Notes: generated by a model from the letters alone, not told the origin. A stretch of DNA of 64,000 bases from Desulfatiglandales bacterium (GCA_963662465.1 OY759599.1:3936001-4000000), one strand, 5' to 3'; shown: positions 21,819-33,142, numbered from the stretch's first letter. Numbers and translations are program-made.

Positions 21819-22239
21819 TACCTTACCTCTCCAAAGCCAGGCAAGCAACCGGAACCTGATAATCGCCTACCGCGAAATCTACGCTTCCTTACTCCGACCC
21901 CTGTCCTTTGTCCCTTCCAACGCTACGCCTTTTTGCACGAGACATTTTTGTAATTTTATAGGTCCCCCTATATCGCACTTCGCGTATTGCTGTTGAATAT
22001 TTCTTTTCGGAACTTCAGCTTGATAGAGTCTAATTGCAAACCAGCCCATTGTCAAATTAACTATCCGATTGAGCCCCTGAATGCTTTCGGTAATGGCAAA
22101 CAAGTGCTTTGCCCTCACGACGGCTGATAATCTGTAAATCTTCCAACGGCCTTGAAAGGTAACGTTTAGGAAGAATATTGATAAGAAGAAAAGACCCGGC
22201 AATGCTTCCGAAATTTTCTCAAATAGTGCCATCCGCTTT

Positions 22240-22345
22240 CATTTGTTTCAACGCTTCAGTGATGTCCTCGATGGCCAGGAGGATGATCCGTTCCTCGCCC
22301 ACCCCCCGTTCAATCTACCGGGCATTTAACAGCATTATGCGCCTG
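22240..22345 (-). pseudogene. PAS/PAC C-terminal fragment (CheR-PAS type)
   Basis: RIMLLNAR*IERGVGEERIILLAIEDITE with an internal stop. Confidence 0.55.
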
Positions 22346-22500
22346 CCGATTAACAGCCCACATGCCTTCAATGATGTGGCCGCGCCGAATGTCTCGAACC
22401 GTTGGCGGAGACACGATTCTCCGAGAAGCTTCCGTCAGACTGGTGGGTTACCTGTTGATGTCTCGGGCTTTTCTGGTATGGCGCAATACCCTGACTTTTC

Positions 22501-22810
22501 TCATGGTTGACCCCCTCCTTGGTTAGGCAATGCGTGGATCAATTCAATGATTTTGGCGCCAATCCGTGCCATGGGCAACACATAATCCACCGCGTCCGCC
22601 ACGATGGCCGCCTGAGGCATGCCGAAATATTTGGCGGTTTCTTTATCCTGGGCGATGGTGACGCCCCCTTTTGATTTGATGGTGATGCAGCCTTTGGCCC
22701 CGTCACGACCGGTACCGGACAAGATGACGCCGATGACCCGGGAGCCGAAAACTTCGGCTGCCGAAGAAAACAACACATCCGCCGAAGGGCGAACGTAATT
22801 TACTTTTGGC
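22501..22810 (-). pseudogene. cheB: CheB methylesterase C-terminal half
   Basis: RPSADVLFSSAAE, GVILSGTGRDGAKG, AQDKETA..FGMPQAA; 5' part lost. Confidence 0.85.
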
Positions 22811-23872
22811 ATTGTAGGAAACCGGGATAACCCGTCCATCTGAATGGCGTATCGCCAGAGGGTATTCCCGCACCGACCCCTCCTCAAAGGCCTTGGCATA
22901 GCCGATCCGGGCCTTTTCCGGATCGACGAAGTATTCCGAGAAATCCGTGCCGAGCAAATCCTCACGCGAGCGTCCGGTGATCTTTTCGGTTTCCCGGTTG
23001 AGATCCGTTATTTTACCGTCGATGCTGATGGTAATCAAGGGATCCAGACTTACCTCAATGAGGCTGCGATTATAGCCGGCGGACAGACGGAGTTCCTCCT
23101 GCACCTTGGCGATTTCCGTCATGTCTCTGGCGGTCCCCACCACCCCCACAATCCGGCGCCCACTGACACACAGGGGTGTGGCATTGAAATCCAGGGGAAC
23201 CTCCCGGCCCTCTTTTGTAACCAGCATCAGTGCGTAATCTTTGACCATCTCGCCTTTCAGGACCTTTTCGACACCAACCCGAACCTTTTCCGGATCCGTG
23301 AAAAATTGGGCTAAGGCTTTTCCCACAAGCATCTCCTGGGAAAAACCGCTGATCCTTTCCGCGGCCTTGTTCACCTCGGTGACCACCCCTTTGCGGTCCG
23401 TGGTCAAAAGAATGTCCACCATGGAGTCCGTTAAAATCCGGCGATAGGCGCCGGCACGTTCCAGTTCTTCGCTGGTGGCATGGAGTTCCTCGTTGGTGGC
23501 ATCCATCTCCTCATTGGTAGCCTGGAGTTCCTCATTGGCGGCATCCATTTCTTCGTTGGTGGCCTGCAACTCCTCCCCGCGCTTTTGCACTTCTTTCACC
23601 ATCCTTTGACTGTCTTCCAGCGCATCGTAGAAACGATTGTTGTTCCCGAAGACCTGCAGCGCACCCACCCGCTGCATCTCCGCTACCTCTTTTTCCCACG
23701 CTTCCCACTCAATATGATTCATGTCCCTCATCCCGACGATAAGGTGGCCCCGCCGGATATTCCGGGTGGAACGGGGCGGCACTATTTTTTTAGAGACATC
23801 GGAATGGGTGGTGGGACGTTTTTTGATGTTCCGGGCCTGATTTGAATGACGTAACACTTTAATCTTTCTCAT
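22703..23872 (-). pseudogene. Coiled-coil + tandem PAS sensor, 3'-truncated and fused out of frame to the cheB remnant
   Basis: EELQATNEEMDAANEELQATNEE heptads and two PAS domains; similarity ends at VSYNA near 22810. Confidence 0.7.
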
Positions 23873-23918
23873 GATGCCCCTTTTACATTAAAGATTGAAA
23901 TTTGAATGCAGGCATATC

Positions 23919-26048
23919 TCACTGCTGCAATTTCGTGCAAAAACCGCGGTTTGTCGCGTTAGATTCATCCAACACCCTCCTCACCATCTCCGCCAGAACC
24001 CTCATGCTCAGCGGTTTCATTACAAAGGCCTTGATTCCCATCTCTTTGGCCTTTTCCTCCGACATCCGTTTACTGAGCCCAGTGCAAATGACAACAGGGA
24101 TGTCGGGACGGATTTTCATCAGTTCCCGGGCCAGAATGTCTCCCGGCATATTGGGCATGTTGGTGTCGGTCATCACCAGATCGAACTGGTTTGGCCGGTC
24201 TTTGAACAAAGCCAGGGCCTCGGTTCCGCTTGTGGCAGCGGTCACATGGTAACCCAACGCCTTTAACAGTTTCTTGCCCATCCTGGCCAGGGCCGCTTCA
24301 TCGTCAACAAAAAGAATACGTTCATCGCCTTTGGAAAGCGGCGTCTCTTCTTTAACCTCCGGCGGCGCTTCCGCTCCCTGTGCCAACGGGAGATACACAT
24401 GAAAGGTCGAACCTTTTCCCGCTTCACTTTCAACCGTGATAGCGCCGCCATACTGCGTGACAATCCCATGGACCACGGACAGGCCGATGCCCGTTCCCTC
24501 ACCCTTCTTCTTGGTGGTAAAATAGGGATCGAAGATCTTCTCCCTTATCTCCGGAGCCATACCGTACCCGGTGTCGGCGACGGTCAATTCCAGGTAACGG
24601 CCAGGCCGAAGGCTTGGTTCAACGTTTTCACATTCCGCAATCCGCAATCCGCAATCCACATTCCCAAGGCTCACCGCCAGAATGCCCCCGTTTTGCTCCA
24701 TGGCGTGGCCCGCGTTGGTGCATAGATTCATCAGCACCTGGTGCATTTGCGTGGGGTCCCCATCAATGACGCCGATATCCTTGTCGTAGGTCTCTCGAAT
24801 CTCAATGGTGGAAGGGAGAGTGGACCTTAGAAACTTGAGCGCTTCCTTGACGATAAATTTGAACTGCATCGGGCGCCTTTCCTGCTCCTGACCACGGCCG
24901 ACGGCAAGAATCTGTTGTATCAGGAGCTTGGCCCGATTGCCCGATTGAAGCACCTCTTTCACGTCCGCATAAGCCTCACTCTCCGGGTCCAGTTCCATCT
25001 GAGCCAATTGCCCATATCCAATAATGGCTGTTAGAATATTGTTGAAGTCATGGGCAATGCCTCCGGCCAGAGTACTGATGGCCTCCATTTTCTGGGCCCT
25101 TCGAAGCTGACGCTTCTTTTCCCGAAGCGCCGTTTCCGCCTGATGCCGTTCAACCACTCTACCCAATCGTTTGGCAATGGTTTCTATCAACACCCCTTCC
25201 TGGCGTAAGAACGGACCTTCATCGGCTTTTGGCATCAATTCCAGATAATAGACCTCCACCCTTCCGACAGGTTTTCCATGGGCAAGCATTTCTCTCGCCT
25301 GCCGCCACACGGTTTCCGTAAAATTTTCCGTCCTGTACGCTTTGCCTTCATAGAAAATGCGCGCACAGGCGATTTCCGGATACTGCCACCCGGATGGGAT
25401 CAGATCAACGAGGCTTTCCAAGAGATCATCCAGAGAATCTCCTTGTTTCATGAGTATTTCCGAAATGTCATGAAGACAGGCGAACTCCTTGACCCGCTCA
25501 TTCAGATCATGGGTTCTTTTTTGCAGCGCCTCCGCCATCTGCTTGCGCTCGGTGATATCACTTACCGCCGTCCTGATCTCCTTTAAATCAGCCTTGCCTG
25601 TGATGATGGTGCATTCTAAACGGGCATAAAACGCATGACCGTCTTCTTTTAAAAGCCGCAACTCACAGGACCGGGGTGCATTTGTTTCCAGAAGTTGCCG
25701 GCGGTGGTTGTAAAAAGTATCCTGGTCGTCCTTCAGAACAAAACGGGTAAAAGGTTGTCCGATCAAAGGGCCCCGCGCTACGCCCAACATGGAAGCGAAA
25801 GTGAGATTGGCCTCATCGATAAACCCCTTTTGATTCACGGACAAATAGCCGATCGGGGCGAAATCATATAGCTCGGCATACCTCTCCCGCATATTTTCAA
25901 GTTCATCTTTTACGCGGCGAAGTTCTTCGTTCCGCATTTCCAACTCAATCTGACAGCCCTGACAGAAGGGCGCTTTATCAATCATCTGCCAACTTCTCCC
26001 CCGCTGAACCGCGGTTATTTTAATATTTACGCTCGCACAAAACGCCAC
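23919..26048 (-). CDS. PAS hybrid histidine kinase, paralog A (N-terminus probably truncated, start uncertain)
   Basis: LYDFAPIGY PAS, AGGIAHDFNNIL, FDPYFTTK, ILFVDDE; near-duplicate of 28589-30616. Confidence 0.85.
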   Translation of the reverse strand: MAFCASVNIKITAVQRGRSWQMIDKAPFCQGCQIELEMRNEELRRVKDELENMRERYAELYDFAPIGYLSVNQKGFIDEANLTFASMLGVARGPLIGQPFTRFVLKDDQDTFYNHRRQLLETNAPRSCELRLLKEDGHAFYARLECTIITGKADLKEIRTAVSDITERKQMAEALQKRTHDLNERVKEFACLHDISEILMKQGDSLDDLLESLVDLIPSGWQYPEIACARIFYEGKAYRTENFTETVWRQAREMLAHGKPVGRVEVYYLELMPKADEGPFLRQEGVLIETIAKRLGRVVERHQAETALREKKRQLRRAQKMEAISTLAGGIAHDFNNILTAIIGYGQLAQMELDPESEAYADVKEVLQSGNRAKLLIQQILAVGRGQEQERRPMQFKFIVKEALKFLRSTLPSTIEIRETYDKDIGVIDGDPTQMHQVLMNLCTNAGHAMEQNGGILAVSLGNVDCGLRIAECENVEPSLRPGRYLELTVADTGYGMAPEIREKIFDPYFTTKKKGEGTGIGLSVVHGIVTQYGGAITVESEAGKGSTFHVYLPLAQGAEAPPEVKEETPLSKGDERILFVDDEAALARMGKKLLKALGYHVTAATSGTEALALFKDRPNQFDLVMTDTNMPNMPGDILARELMKIRPDIPVVICTGLSKRMSEEKAKEMGIKAFVMKPLSMRVLAEMVRRVLDESNATNRGFCTKLQQ

Positions 26049-26162
26049 TATCTTTGGCTATAATTTCTCCGGCCATTTTCTCGCACCGTGCAGAACCCTG
26101 AGGATTTGCACCTCATTGGCGACTACACGGTAGGGCACGATATAACTGGGGCTTTTTCTCCA

Positions 26163-28544
26163 CTATTTTACCGGGGCAACAATCGTCGTTCGTTCTTCCA
26201 ACACCTCCTTCAACTTCTCAGCCAATGTCGAGATCAAGAACGGTTTCTGAATAAAGGCTTGGGCGCCGGCGTCCAGTATCTCCCGGGCAGGGCCGTCTAT
26301 GCTGTAGCCGCTGCACACGATCACCTTCAGCTTCGGCCTGGCTTCCATAATAAGGGGATAAATCTGGTTGCCACTCATATCAGGCAGCTTTATGTCAAGG
26401 AGCGCAAGGTCAATTTTACCATCAAATGTTTTGGCGATATTAACGGCCTTCTCTCCGGTCCCCGCCTCAAGTACACGATAACCCAGCGTCTCCAGTATCT
26501 TTCTGAACAATATCGCCAGCGGCGCTTCGTCTTCAATCACCAGGACGAACCCCTCATCCGTGGGCAAACCAACCGCGGGCGCGGAAACGACCCTTTCCAC
26601 CACCTCCCCTTCAACCCCTTCCACGGTCTCCAAAGCAGGCAGGTACAGGGTGACCGTCGTCCCTTTGCCCGGTTCTGATGCCACGGTGATGGTGCCGTCA
26701 TGGTTTTTTATAATACCGTAAGCCGCGGGCATCCCAAGCCCGCGGCCGATAAAGTGGGTGGTGAAAAAAGGGTCAAAGATACGGTCTTTTGTCTCCTTAT
26801 CCATGCCCTTTCCATCATCTTCAATGGAAAGGTAAACATACGAACCGGGCCTGAGACCCGGATGATCCTTTATGAAACCCCGGTCAACCACCATGTTTCC
26901 GGTGGAAATCCGGATGCGGCCAGGGGTCTCCATGGCCTCATTGGCGTTGGCCATTAGGGCGGAAAGGACCATCTGCATCTGGGTGCGATCCACCTTCACA
27001 TTCAGGAGATCCGGCGAAAGATCGGTCTCCACACGGACGGCGGGATCAAGATCACGTGAGATTACGGGTAGGGTGTTTGCAACGAATTCGCTCAAGGAGA
27101 TGGGCCGGGGACTATATTTACCCCCTCCTGCATAGGCTAACAACTGGCTGGTGAGATGGGCCATGCGATGGGCTGCCTCTTTCATGGTTTCAGCAGAACC
27201 CAATACTTTCTCATCTTGCGGATAATCCATCTCAAGCAATTCGGCATGGCCGGTGATGACGCTCAGGGCGTTGTTGAACTGGTGGGCAATGCCGCCGGCA
27301 AGCACGCCAAGAGATTCAAGCTTTCTTATTTTCAGGAGTTCTTCTTCCATTTGCCTTCGCTCGGTGATGTCCTGACCTATGGCAACAAGGCCAATTGTTT
27401 TGCCATCCGCATCCTTCAAGGTCTTGTCATACCATTCCACAACGATTTCACGTCCATCTTTTGACACAACCGGGTTAATGTTGCCCTGGGTCTTAATATC
27501 ATCCACGGCTGTCCGGAAAAGCCCCCTGATGTGGTTGCCGTTCACCTCCGGCAAAAACGTGGAAAACCAGTCTTTTCCCTTAACTTCATCAAGCGTATAC
27601 CCACACAACTCTTCCATATAAGGGTTGAAGCGGATGATCCGACCTTCGGTGTCCAATACCAAGATGATGGCCTGTGCCGTATCGATCAGGCTTTCAGAAA
27701 AATCTTTCTCTTTGCGCAGCGCCTCCTCACCCTGCTTCAGATTTCTAAACAGAAGGCTGTAAGGTTTTATCAGACCTGTTTCGATAATGGCTTTATAGAT
27801 GAGGTAGAAGGAAATGATCTTAAGGTAATGACCCACCATATTGGAAAAATCATAGGCATGAATATAAAAAGTAAAAACCAATTCTTCAGCGATGGTGATC
27901 GCCATGGCTGCTACCAGCAATTGGAACACGCTCCCATCGAATTCTTTCCGTTTTTGAAACAAGAAAGTAATGGCGCCGATTAGAATCATTGAGATGACAT
28001 ACTCGCTGATCTTTTTAAACGGGGTCAACCCCGCCCCCTCAACAAAGCATGTGGGGAAAACGTGCCAATAAAACACGGATCCCAATACAAGGAAGGTGGC
28101 CAGGACATACGCCATAAAAACAAGGTCCGCTCTTAACCTTCGACTTAAGAACACCGGCGCGATGAGAAGAGAGAGGCTTTCCATATATCGAGCGGCAATC
28201 CATAGTTGGGTCGGCAGATTGGTTCCATAACCCTGAAAGACATTCATACCTTTGTAAGCCAGCGTGTGGACAAGGTCCAATCCTCCAATGAACAGATAGG
28301 CAATGCCGACAAAGAGGAAATAATTGTTATCCAGGATGCGACGGGAATTCCAGGCAACAATAAAAATGCCACAGGCCACCACAATACTGAAAAGTTCGGC
28401 GAGGGTATGAAAGAGCAGGTAGTTGTAAAAAGTGGAAAGGTACAGTCCAAATAAAATCAGGATTCCGGCTGTGAACGTCACTGATTTCTTCGCAAAAAAA
28501 GATTCTTCCGGTTCCCCTTGTCCGCTTTCATTCAACCGTTTCAT
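26163..28544 (-). CDS. MASE3-PAS hybrid histidine kinase
   Basis: YLLFHTLAELFSIVVA and DLVHTLAYKGM MASE3 motifs, AHQFNN H-box, REC domain. Confidence 0.9.
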   Translation of the reverse strand: MKRLNESGQGEPEESFFAKKSVTFTAGILILFGLYLSTFYNYLLFHTLAELFSIVVACGIFIVAWNSRRILDNNYFLFVGIAYLFIGGLDLVHTLAYKGMNVFQGYGTNLPTQLWIAARYMESLSLLIAPVFLSRRLRADLVFMAYVLATFLVLGSVFYWHVFPTCFVEGAGLTPFKKISEYVISMILIGAITFLFQKRKEFDGSVFQLLVAAMAITIAEELVFTFYIHAYDFSNMVGHYLKIISFYLIYKAIIETGLIKPYSLLFRNLKQGEEALRKEKDFSESLIDTAQAIILVLDTEGRIIRFNPYMEELCGYTLDEVKGKDWFSTFLPEVNGNHIRGLFRTAVDDIKTQGNINPVVSKDGREIVVEWYDKTLKDADGKTIGLVAIGQDITERRQMEEELLKIRKLESLGVLAGGIAHQFNNALSVITGHAELLEMDYPQDEKVLGSAETMKEAAHRMAHLTSQLLAYAGGGKYSPRPISLSEFVANTLPVISRDLDPAVRVETDLSPDLLNVKVDRTQMQMVLSALMANANEAMETPGRIRISTGNMVVDRGFIKDHPGLRPGSYVYLSIEDDGKGMDKETKDRIFDPFFTTHFIGRGLGMPAAYGIIKNHDGTITVASEPGKGTTVTLYLPALETVEGVEGEVVERVVSAPAVGLPTDEGFVLVIEDEAPLAILFRKILETLGYRVLEAGTGEKAVNIAKTFDGKIDLALLDIKLPDMSGNQIYPLIMEARPKLKVIVCSGYSIDGPAREILDAGAQAFIQKPFLISTLAEKLKEVLEERTTIVAPVK

Positions 28545-28588
28545 TCTCTAACCCCTTGACCTGGTAGCAAAAAATGATATCGTCATAT

Positions 28589-30616
28589 TTACGAACCGCA
28601 GCTTGCCGCTTTAGATTCATCCAACACCCTCCTCACCGTCTCCGCCAGAACCTTCATACTCAGCGGTTTCATTACAAAGGCCTTGATTCCCATCTCTTTG
28701 GCCTTTTCCTCCGACATCCGTTTGCTGAGCCCGGTGTTGATGATAACTGGGATGTCGGGACGGATTTTCATCAGTTCACGGACCAGGATGTCTCCCGGCA
28801 TATTGGGCATATTGGTATCGGTCATCACCAGATCGAACCGGTCCGGTCGGTCTTTGAACAAAGCCAGGGCCTCGGTTCCGCTTGTGGCGGCGGTCACATG
28901 GTAACCCATCGCCGTTAACAGTTTCTTACCCATCCTGGCCAGGGCCGCTTCATCGTCAACAAAGAGTATCCGTTCATCGCCTTTGGGAAACAGCGTCTCT
29001 TCTTTGACCGCCGGCGGCGCTTCCGCTCCCTGTGCCAGCGGGAGATACACATGAAAGGTCGAACCCTTTCCCGGTTCACTTTCAACGGTGATAGCGCCGC
29101 CATGTTGTGTGACAATCCCATGGACCACGGACAGGCCGATGCCCGTTCCCTCACCCTTCTCCTTGGTGGTAAAATAGGGATCGAAGATCTTCTCCATGAT
29201 CTCCGGGGCCATTCCGTATCCGGTGTCCTTGACGGTCAATTCCAGGTAACGGCCGGACCGAAGGCTTGATTCAACGGTTTCACATTCCGCAATCCGCAAT
29301 CCGCAATCCACATTCCCAAGACTCACCGCCAGAATGCCCCCGTTTTGCTCCATGGCGTGGCCGGCGTTGGTACACAGATTCATCAGCACCTGGTGCATTT
29401 GCGTGGGGTCCGCATCGATGACGCCGATATCGTTGTCGTAGGTCTCTCGAATCTCAATGGTGGAAGGAAGGGTGGATCGCAAAAATTTGAGCGCTTCCTT
29501 GACGATAAATTTGAACTGCATCGGGTGTTTTTTCTGCTCCTGACCACGGCCGACGGCAAGAATCTGTTGAATCAGGAGCTTGGCCCGATTACCAGATTGA
29601 AGCACCTCTTTCACATCCGCATAAGCCTCACTCTCCGGGTCCAGTTCCATCTGGGCCAATTGCCCATATCCGATAATGGACGTCAAAATATTGTTAAAGT
29701 CATGGGCGATGCCTGCGGCCAGCGTACTGATAGCTTCCATCTTCTGGGCCCTTCGGAGTTGACGCTCCTTTTCTCGGAGTGTCGTTTCAGCCTGATGCCA
29801 TTCAATCACGCGACCCAATCGTTTGGCAATGGTATCGATCAAGAGCCCTTCCCCATGCAAAAAAGGACCTTCATCGGCTTTCGGCATCACTTCCAGATAA
29901 TAGACCTCCACCCGACCGGCAGGTTTGCCATGAACAACGATTTCTCTCGCCTGCCGCCACTCGGTTTCCGCAAAGTTCCGTGTCATGTACGCTTTGTCGG
30001 GCAGGAGGATTCGCACACAGGCGATTTCCGGATACTGCCACCCGGATGGGATCAGATCAACAAGGCTTTCCAGAAGATCATCCAGGGAAACGCTCTGTTT
30101 CATAAGAATTTCCGAAATGTCATGAAGGCAGGCAAGCTCCTTGACCCGCTCATTCAGATCATGGGTTCTTTTTTGCAGTGCCTCCTCCATCTGCCTGCGC
30201 TCGGTGATATCGCTTACCGCCGTCCTGATCTGCTTTAGATTGTCCGTCTTTTTTGTGGTGACGGTGCATTCTAAACGGGCATAAAACACATGACCATCTT
30301 TTTTCACGAGCCGCAGCTCACAGGACTGGGGTGCATCTGTTTCCAGAAGTTGCCGTCGGTGTTTGTAGAAAACGTCCTGGTCGTCCTTCAAAACAAACCG
30401 GGTAAAAGGCTGTCCCATCAAAGCGCCCCGCGCTACGCCCAACATGGAAGCGATGGTGAGATTGGCCTCATCGATAAACCCCTTTTGATTCACCGACAAA
30501 TAGCCGATCGGGGCGAAGTCATATAACTCGGCATACCTGTCCCGCATATTTTCAAGTTCCTTCTCCGCCCGCTGCCTGAATTCGGAATCACCAGGCATGT
30601 CTTTTATCGTTTCCAT
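28589..30616 (-). CDS. PAS hybrid histidine kinase, paralog B
   Basis: RBS GAGGA + ATG; same architecture as paralog A. Confidence 0.9.
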   Translation of the reverse strand: METIKDMPGDSEFRQRAEKELENMRDRYAELYDFAPIGYLSVNQKGFIDEANLTIASMLGVARGALMGQPFTRFVLKDDQDVFYKHRRQLLETDAPQSCELRLVKKDGHVFYARLECTVTTKKTDNLKQIRTAVSDITERRQMEEALQKRTHDLNERVKELACLHDISEILMKQSVSLDDLLESLVDLIPSGWQYPEIACVRILLPDKAYMTRNFAETEWRQAREIVVHGKPAGRVEVYYLEVMPKADEGPFLHGEGLLIDTIAKRLGRVIEWHQAETTLREKERQLRRAQKMEAISTLAAGIAHDFNNILTSIIGYGQLAQMELDPESEAYADVKEVLQSGNRAKLLIQQILAVGRGQEQKKHPMQFKFIVKEALKFLRSTLPSTIEIRETYDNDIGVIDADPTQMHQVLMNLCTNAGHAMEQNGGILAVSLGNVDCGLRIAECETVESSLRSGRYLELTVKDTGYGMAPEIMEKIFDPYFTTKEKGEGTGIGLSVVHGIVTQHGGAITVESEPGKGSTFHVYLPLAQGAEAPPAVKEETLFPKGDERILFVDDEAALARMGKKLLTAMGYHVTAATSGTEALALFKDRPDRFDLVMTDTNMPNMPGDILVRELMKIRPDIPVIINTGLSKRMSEEKAKEMGIKAFVMKPLSMKVLAETVRRVLDESKAASCGS

Positions 30617-30632
30617 CGTTTCCTCATTTATT

Positions 30633-32963
30633 TTATATTGAAAAGGCTTCCCCCTTCAAGGCTTTTTCAAGGGCATGCGCCAGCTCCTTCAGGGTAAATG
30701 GTTTGGGCACGACGCCTTTGAAGCCGTACGCTGTGCATTGAGCCATCACCGGGTCGTTGGCGTAACCGCTGGAGACCAATGCCACCGCCTTCGGGTCCAG
30801 CTTCAGCAGTTGCCCAATGGCCTCTTTTCCCCCCATGCCGCCGGGGATGGTCAAATCCATGATCACGGCGGAAAAGGGCTCGCCCTTCTCCATGGCTGTT
30901 TGATACATCAAAATGGCCTCTTTTCCGTCTTCTGAAAGGGACGCGCGGTATCCCAGTATTTTCAGTTGGCGGCCCACCATTTTACGAATGTTTGGATCAT
31001 CGTCCATGAGAAGGACCTTTCCCGTTCCTTTGAAAAGGGGCTGTTCCTTGACAGGGGGTTCATCCACCGCGGAACCGCTGGATGCGGGCAGATAAATGGT
31101 GAAAAGGGTCCCATGGCCGGGCTCGGAGACCACCGAAATGTAGCCCCCGTGCCGGCAAATGATGGAATGGGTGGTGGCCAGACCCAGACCAATGCCGGTC
31201 TGCTTGGTGGTGAAATAGGGGTCGAAAATCCGCGGCAGGTGGTCCTCCGGAATGCCCACCCCTTCATCCTGAATGGCGATGGAGACAAATGGACCGGGCT
31301 TGAGGGGAACCCCGGAGGCGGCATCCAGCACCACGTTTCGAGCGGTTATCTGAATGCAGCCCCCCTGGCGCATGGCCTGCCTGGCGTTGATGAAGAGATT
31401 GTTCAAAACCTGGCCCATCTGTTCCACATCCGCATCCACGGGCCAGAGTTCGTCGTCAATGGCGTATTCGCATTTGACGTTGGAGCCGCGAACGGCAAAC
31501 CCGCAGGATTCCCGAATGGCCTCGGACAAAACAGCCGTCTTCTTGACCGGCGTTCCCCCCTTTGCAAAGGTGAGAAGCTGCAGGGCCAGGGCTTTGGCCT
31601 GACGTACGGCCTGCTCCGCCTCCTTTACACACTCATGGACTTCGCTTCCACGATCCGGCGCCATTTCCATCAGGTTGAGATTTCCCAGGATTACCGCCAG
31701 AATATTGTTGAAATCATGGGCAATGCCGCCAGCCAGAACGCCGAGGGATTCCAGATTGCGGGTGCGGGCCAACTCCGCTTCCATACGGTGCTTCTCCGTT
31801 ATGTCCTGAAACGCCAGAACCACCCCGTACAAACGACCTTCCCGATCTTGGATGGGGCTGCCGCTGTCGGCAATGATGCGCTCGCCACCCCCTTTGGCAA
31901 TCAAAACCGTGTGGTTGGCCAGCCCCACCACCCCGCCGGTTGCAAGGACCTTTTCCACCGGGTTTTCACAGGGCTTTCGGGTATTCTGGTTGACGATGGA
32001 AAAGACCTGGGGCAGGGGTTTACCCAAGGCCTCTTCAAAAGACCATCCGGTCATTTCCTCGGCGGCCCGGTTGATCATGGCCACCCGTCCGTCAGTATCC
32101 GTGGCGATGACCCCGTCGCCAATGGACCGCAGGGTGACCGCCAGCCGGTTGCGCTCCTCTAACAGGGCGTCTTCGGCCTTTTTCCGACGGGTGATGTCGC
32201 GGGCAATGACCAGAAGCGCAGGGTTGCCGTCCCAGTCAATGAAGACGCTGTTGCTCTCCAGCCATCGCACCTCAGAGCTTTCCCGGGGGCTGCAAATGGG
32301 GTAGGCAAACAGCGTTTCAATGGGTTTTCCCACCATCCGATCCTGAAAGCGTTGCTCAAGCCGGGCCAAGAAATCCGGATCAACGGCATTTCTGAGTCGA
32401 TGGAAATCCTCGGCTTTCTCATGGGGCAGACCTGAAAACCCGAATAGATCTACGGCCGTTGGATTGGCCGCCGCCAGTCGCTCCTCCTGAATCACGAAAA
32501 CAGCATCCCGGGCGTTCTCAATCAGGGTGCGGTAACGACGTTCCGAGGCGGACAGATTCACTTCCCGTTCCCTGCGCTCGGTAACGTCATGTATAAGGGT
32601 GACGATGCCGGTGACCTGGTCTCCCTGTTTGACCGGCATAATCTGAGCGGTCTGCTGCATGCACTCAAAGAGATTTTGCGCGCAATCACTGGGCATGGGA
32701 ATCAGATACCCGTGAAACCGTTGGGCCAGTATGGCGGTTTTTCCGGAAAGGGCCTCCTCGTAGTAACAGCCCTTTCCCCGGGTCTCGATCTCCGGACAAA
32801 GGGAAAAGAGCGGTTTTCCCGCCACAAACTCAGCGCTTTTTCCCGTGTGACGGGCCATCCACCGGTTCCAGAAACGGATCTTCAAATCCGTGTCCACCAC
32901 GAATACGCCCATGGGGGCGTAATCGCTGAGCCACTCCATGGCCATGTTGTTCCAGTCCATCAT
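30633..32963 (-). CDS. Triple-PAS hybrid histidine kinase
   Basis: LRSIGDGVIATD, LANHTVL, AGGIAHDFNN, LLMDDD...MDLTIPGG. Confidence 0.92.
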   Translation of the reverse strand: MMDWNNMAMEWLSDYAPMGVFVVDTDLKIRFWNRWMARHTGKSAEFVAGKPLFSLCPEIETRGKGCYYEEALSGKTAILAQRFHGYLIPMPSDCAQNLFECMQQTAQIMPVKQGDQVTGIVTLIHDVTERREREVNLSASERRYRTLIENARDAVFVIQEERLAAANPTAVDLFGFSGLPHEKAEDFHRLRNAVDPDFLARLEQRFQDRMVGKPIETLFAYPICSPRESSEVRWLESNSVFIDWDGNPALLVIARDITRRKKAEDALLEERNRLAVTLRSIGDGVIATDTDGRVAMINRAAEEMTGWSFEEALGKPLPQVFSIVNQNTRKPCENPVEKVLATGGVVGLANHTVLIAKGGGERIIADSGSPIQDREGRLYGVVLAFQDITEKHRMEAELARTRNLESLGVLAGGIAHDFNNILAVILGNLNLMEMAPDRGSEVHECVKEAEQAVRQAKALALQLLTFAKGGTPVKKTAVLSEAIRESCGFAVRGSNVKCEYAIDDELWPVDADVEQMGQVLNNLFINARQAMRQGGCIQITARNVVLDAASGVPLKPGPFVSIAIQDEGVGIPEDHLPRIFDPYFTTKQTGIGLGLATTHSIICRHGGYISVVSEPGHGTLFTIYLPASSGSAVDEPPVKEQPLFKGTGKVLLMDDDPNIRKMVGRQLKILGYRASLSEDGKEAILMYQTAMEKGEPFSAVIMDLTIPGGMGGKEAIGQLLKLDPKAVALVSSGYANDPVMAQCTAYGFKGVVPKPFTLKELAHALEKALKGEAFSI

Positions 32964-32977
32964 AACGGCATCCCTTT

Positions 32978-33142
32978 CTATCCCAGTTTATCCAGTTCAT
33001 CCAAGAGGATTTGCAGGGAACTGACCCCCAGGACCATCACCAAAAATCCGGTGATCTCCGACAGCGACGCGGCGGCCCGGGAAAAGGCGATGTTGATCAC
33101 TTCCGTGAGGGCATCGCTCTGATTTTCCGTGAGAAACATCAT
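32978..33142 (-). pseudogene. cheC: CheC-family gene with an in-frame internal deletion (54 aa left)
   Basis: MMFLTENQSDALTEVINIAFSRAAASLSEITG joined to FLVMVLGVSSLQILLDELDKLG*. Confidence 0.75.

Noticed and set aside
21879..22232. 117-aa ORF
   Set aside because: No domain similarity or clear coding signal.
23465..23580. 21-nt periodic repeat
   Set aside because: It encodes the common NEEL coiled-coil heptads of CheR/PAS-type proteins.
30966..32162. Long plus-strand ORFs (also 29345-30238, 42939-43898, 50077-51315, 53478-54563, 55385-56629)
   Set aside because: Antisense shadows of well-supported GC-rich genes.
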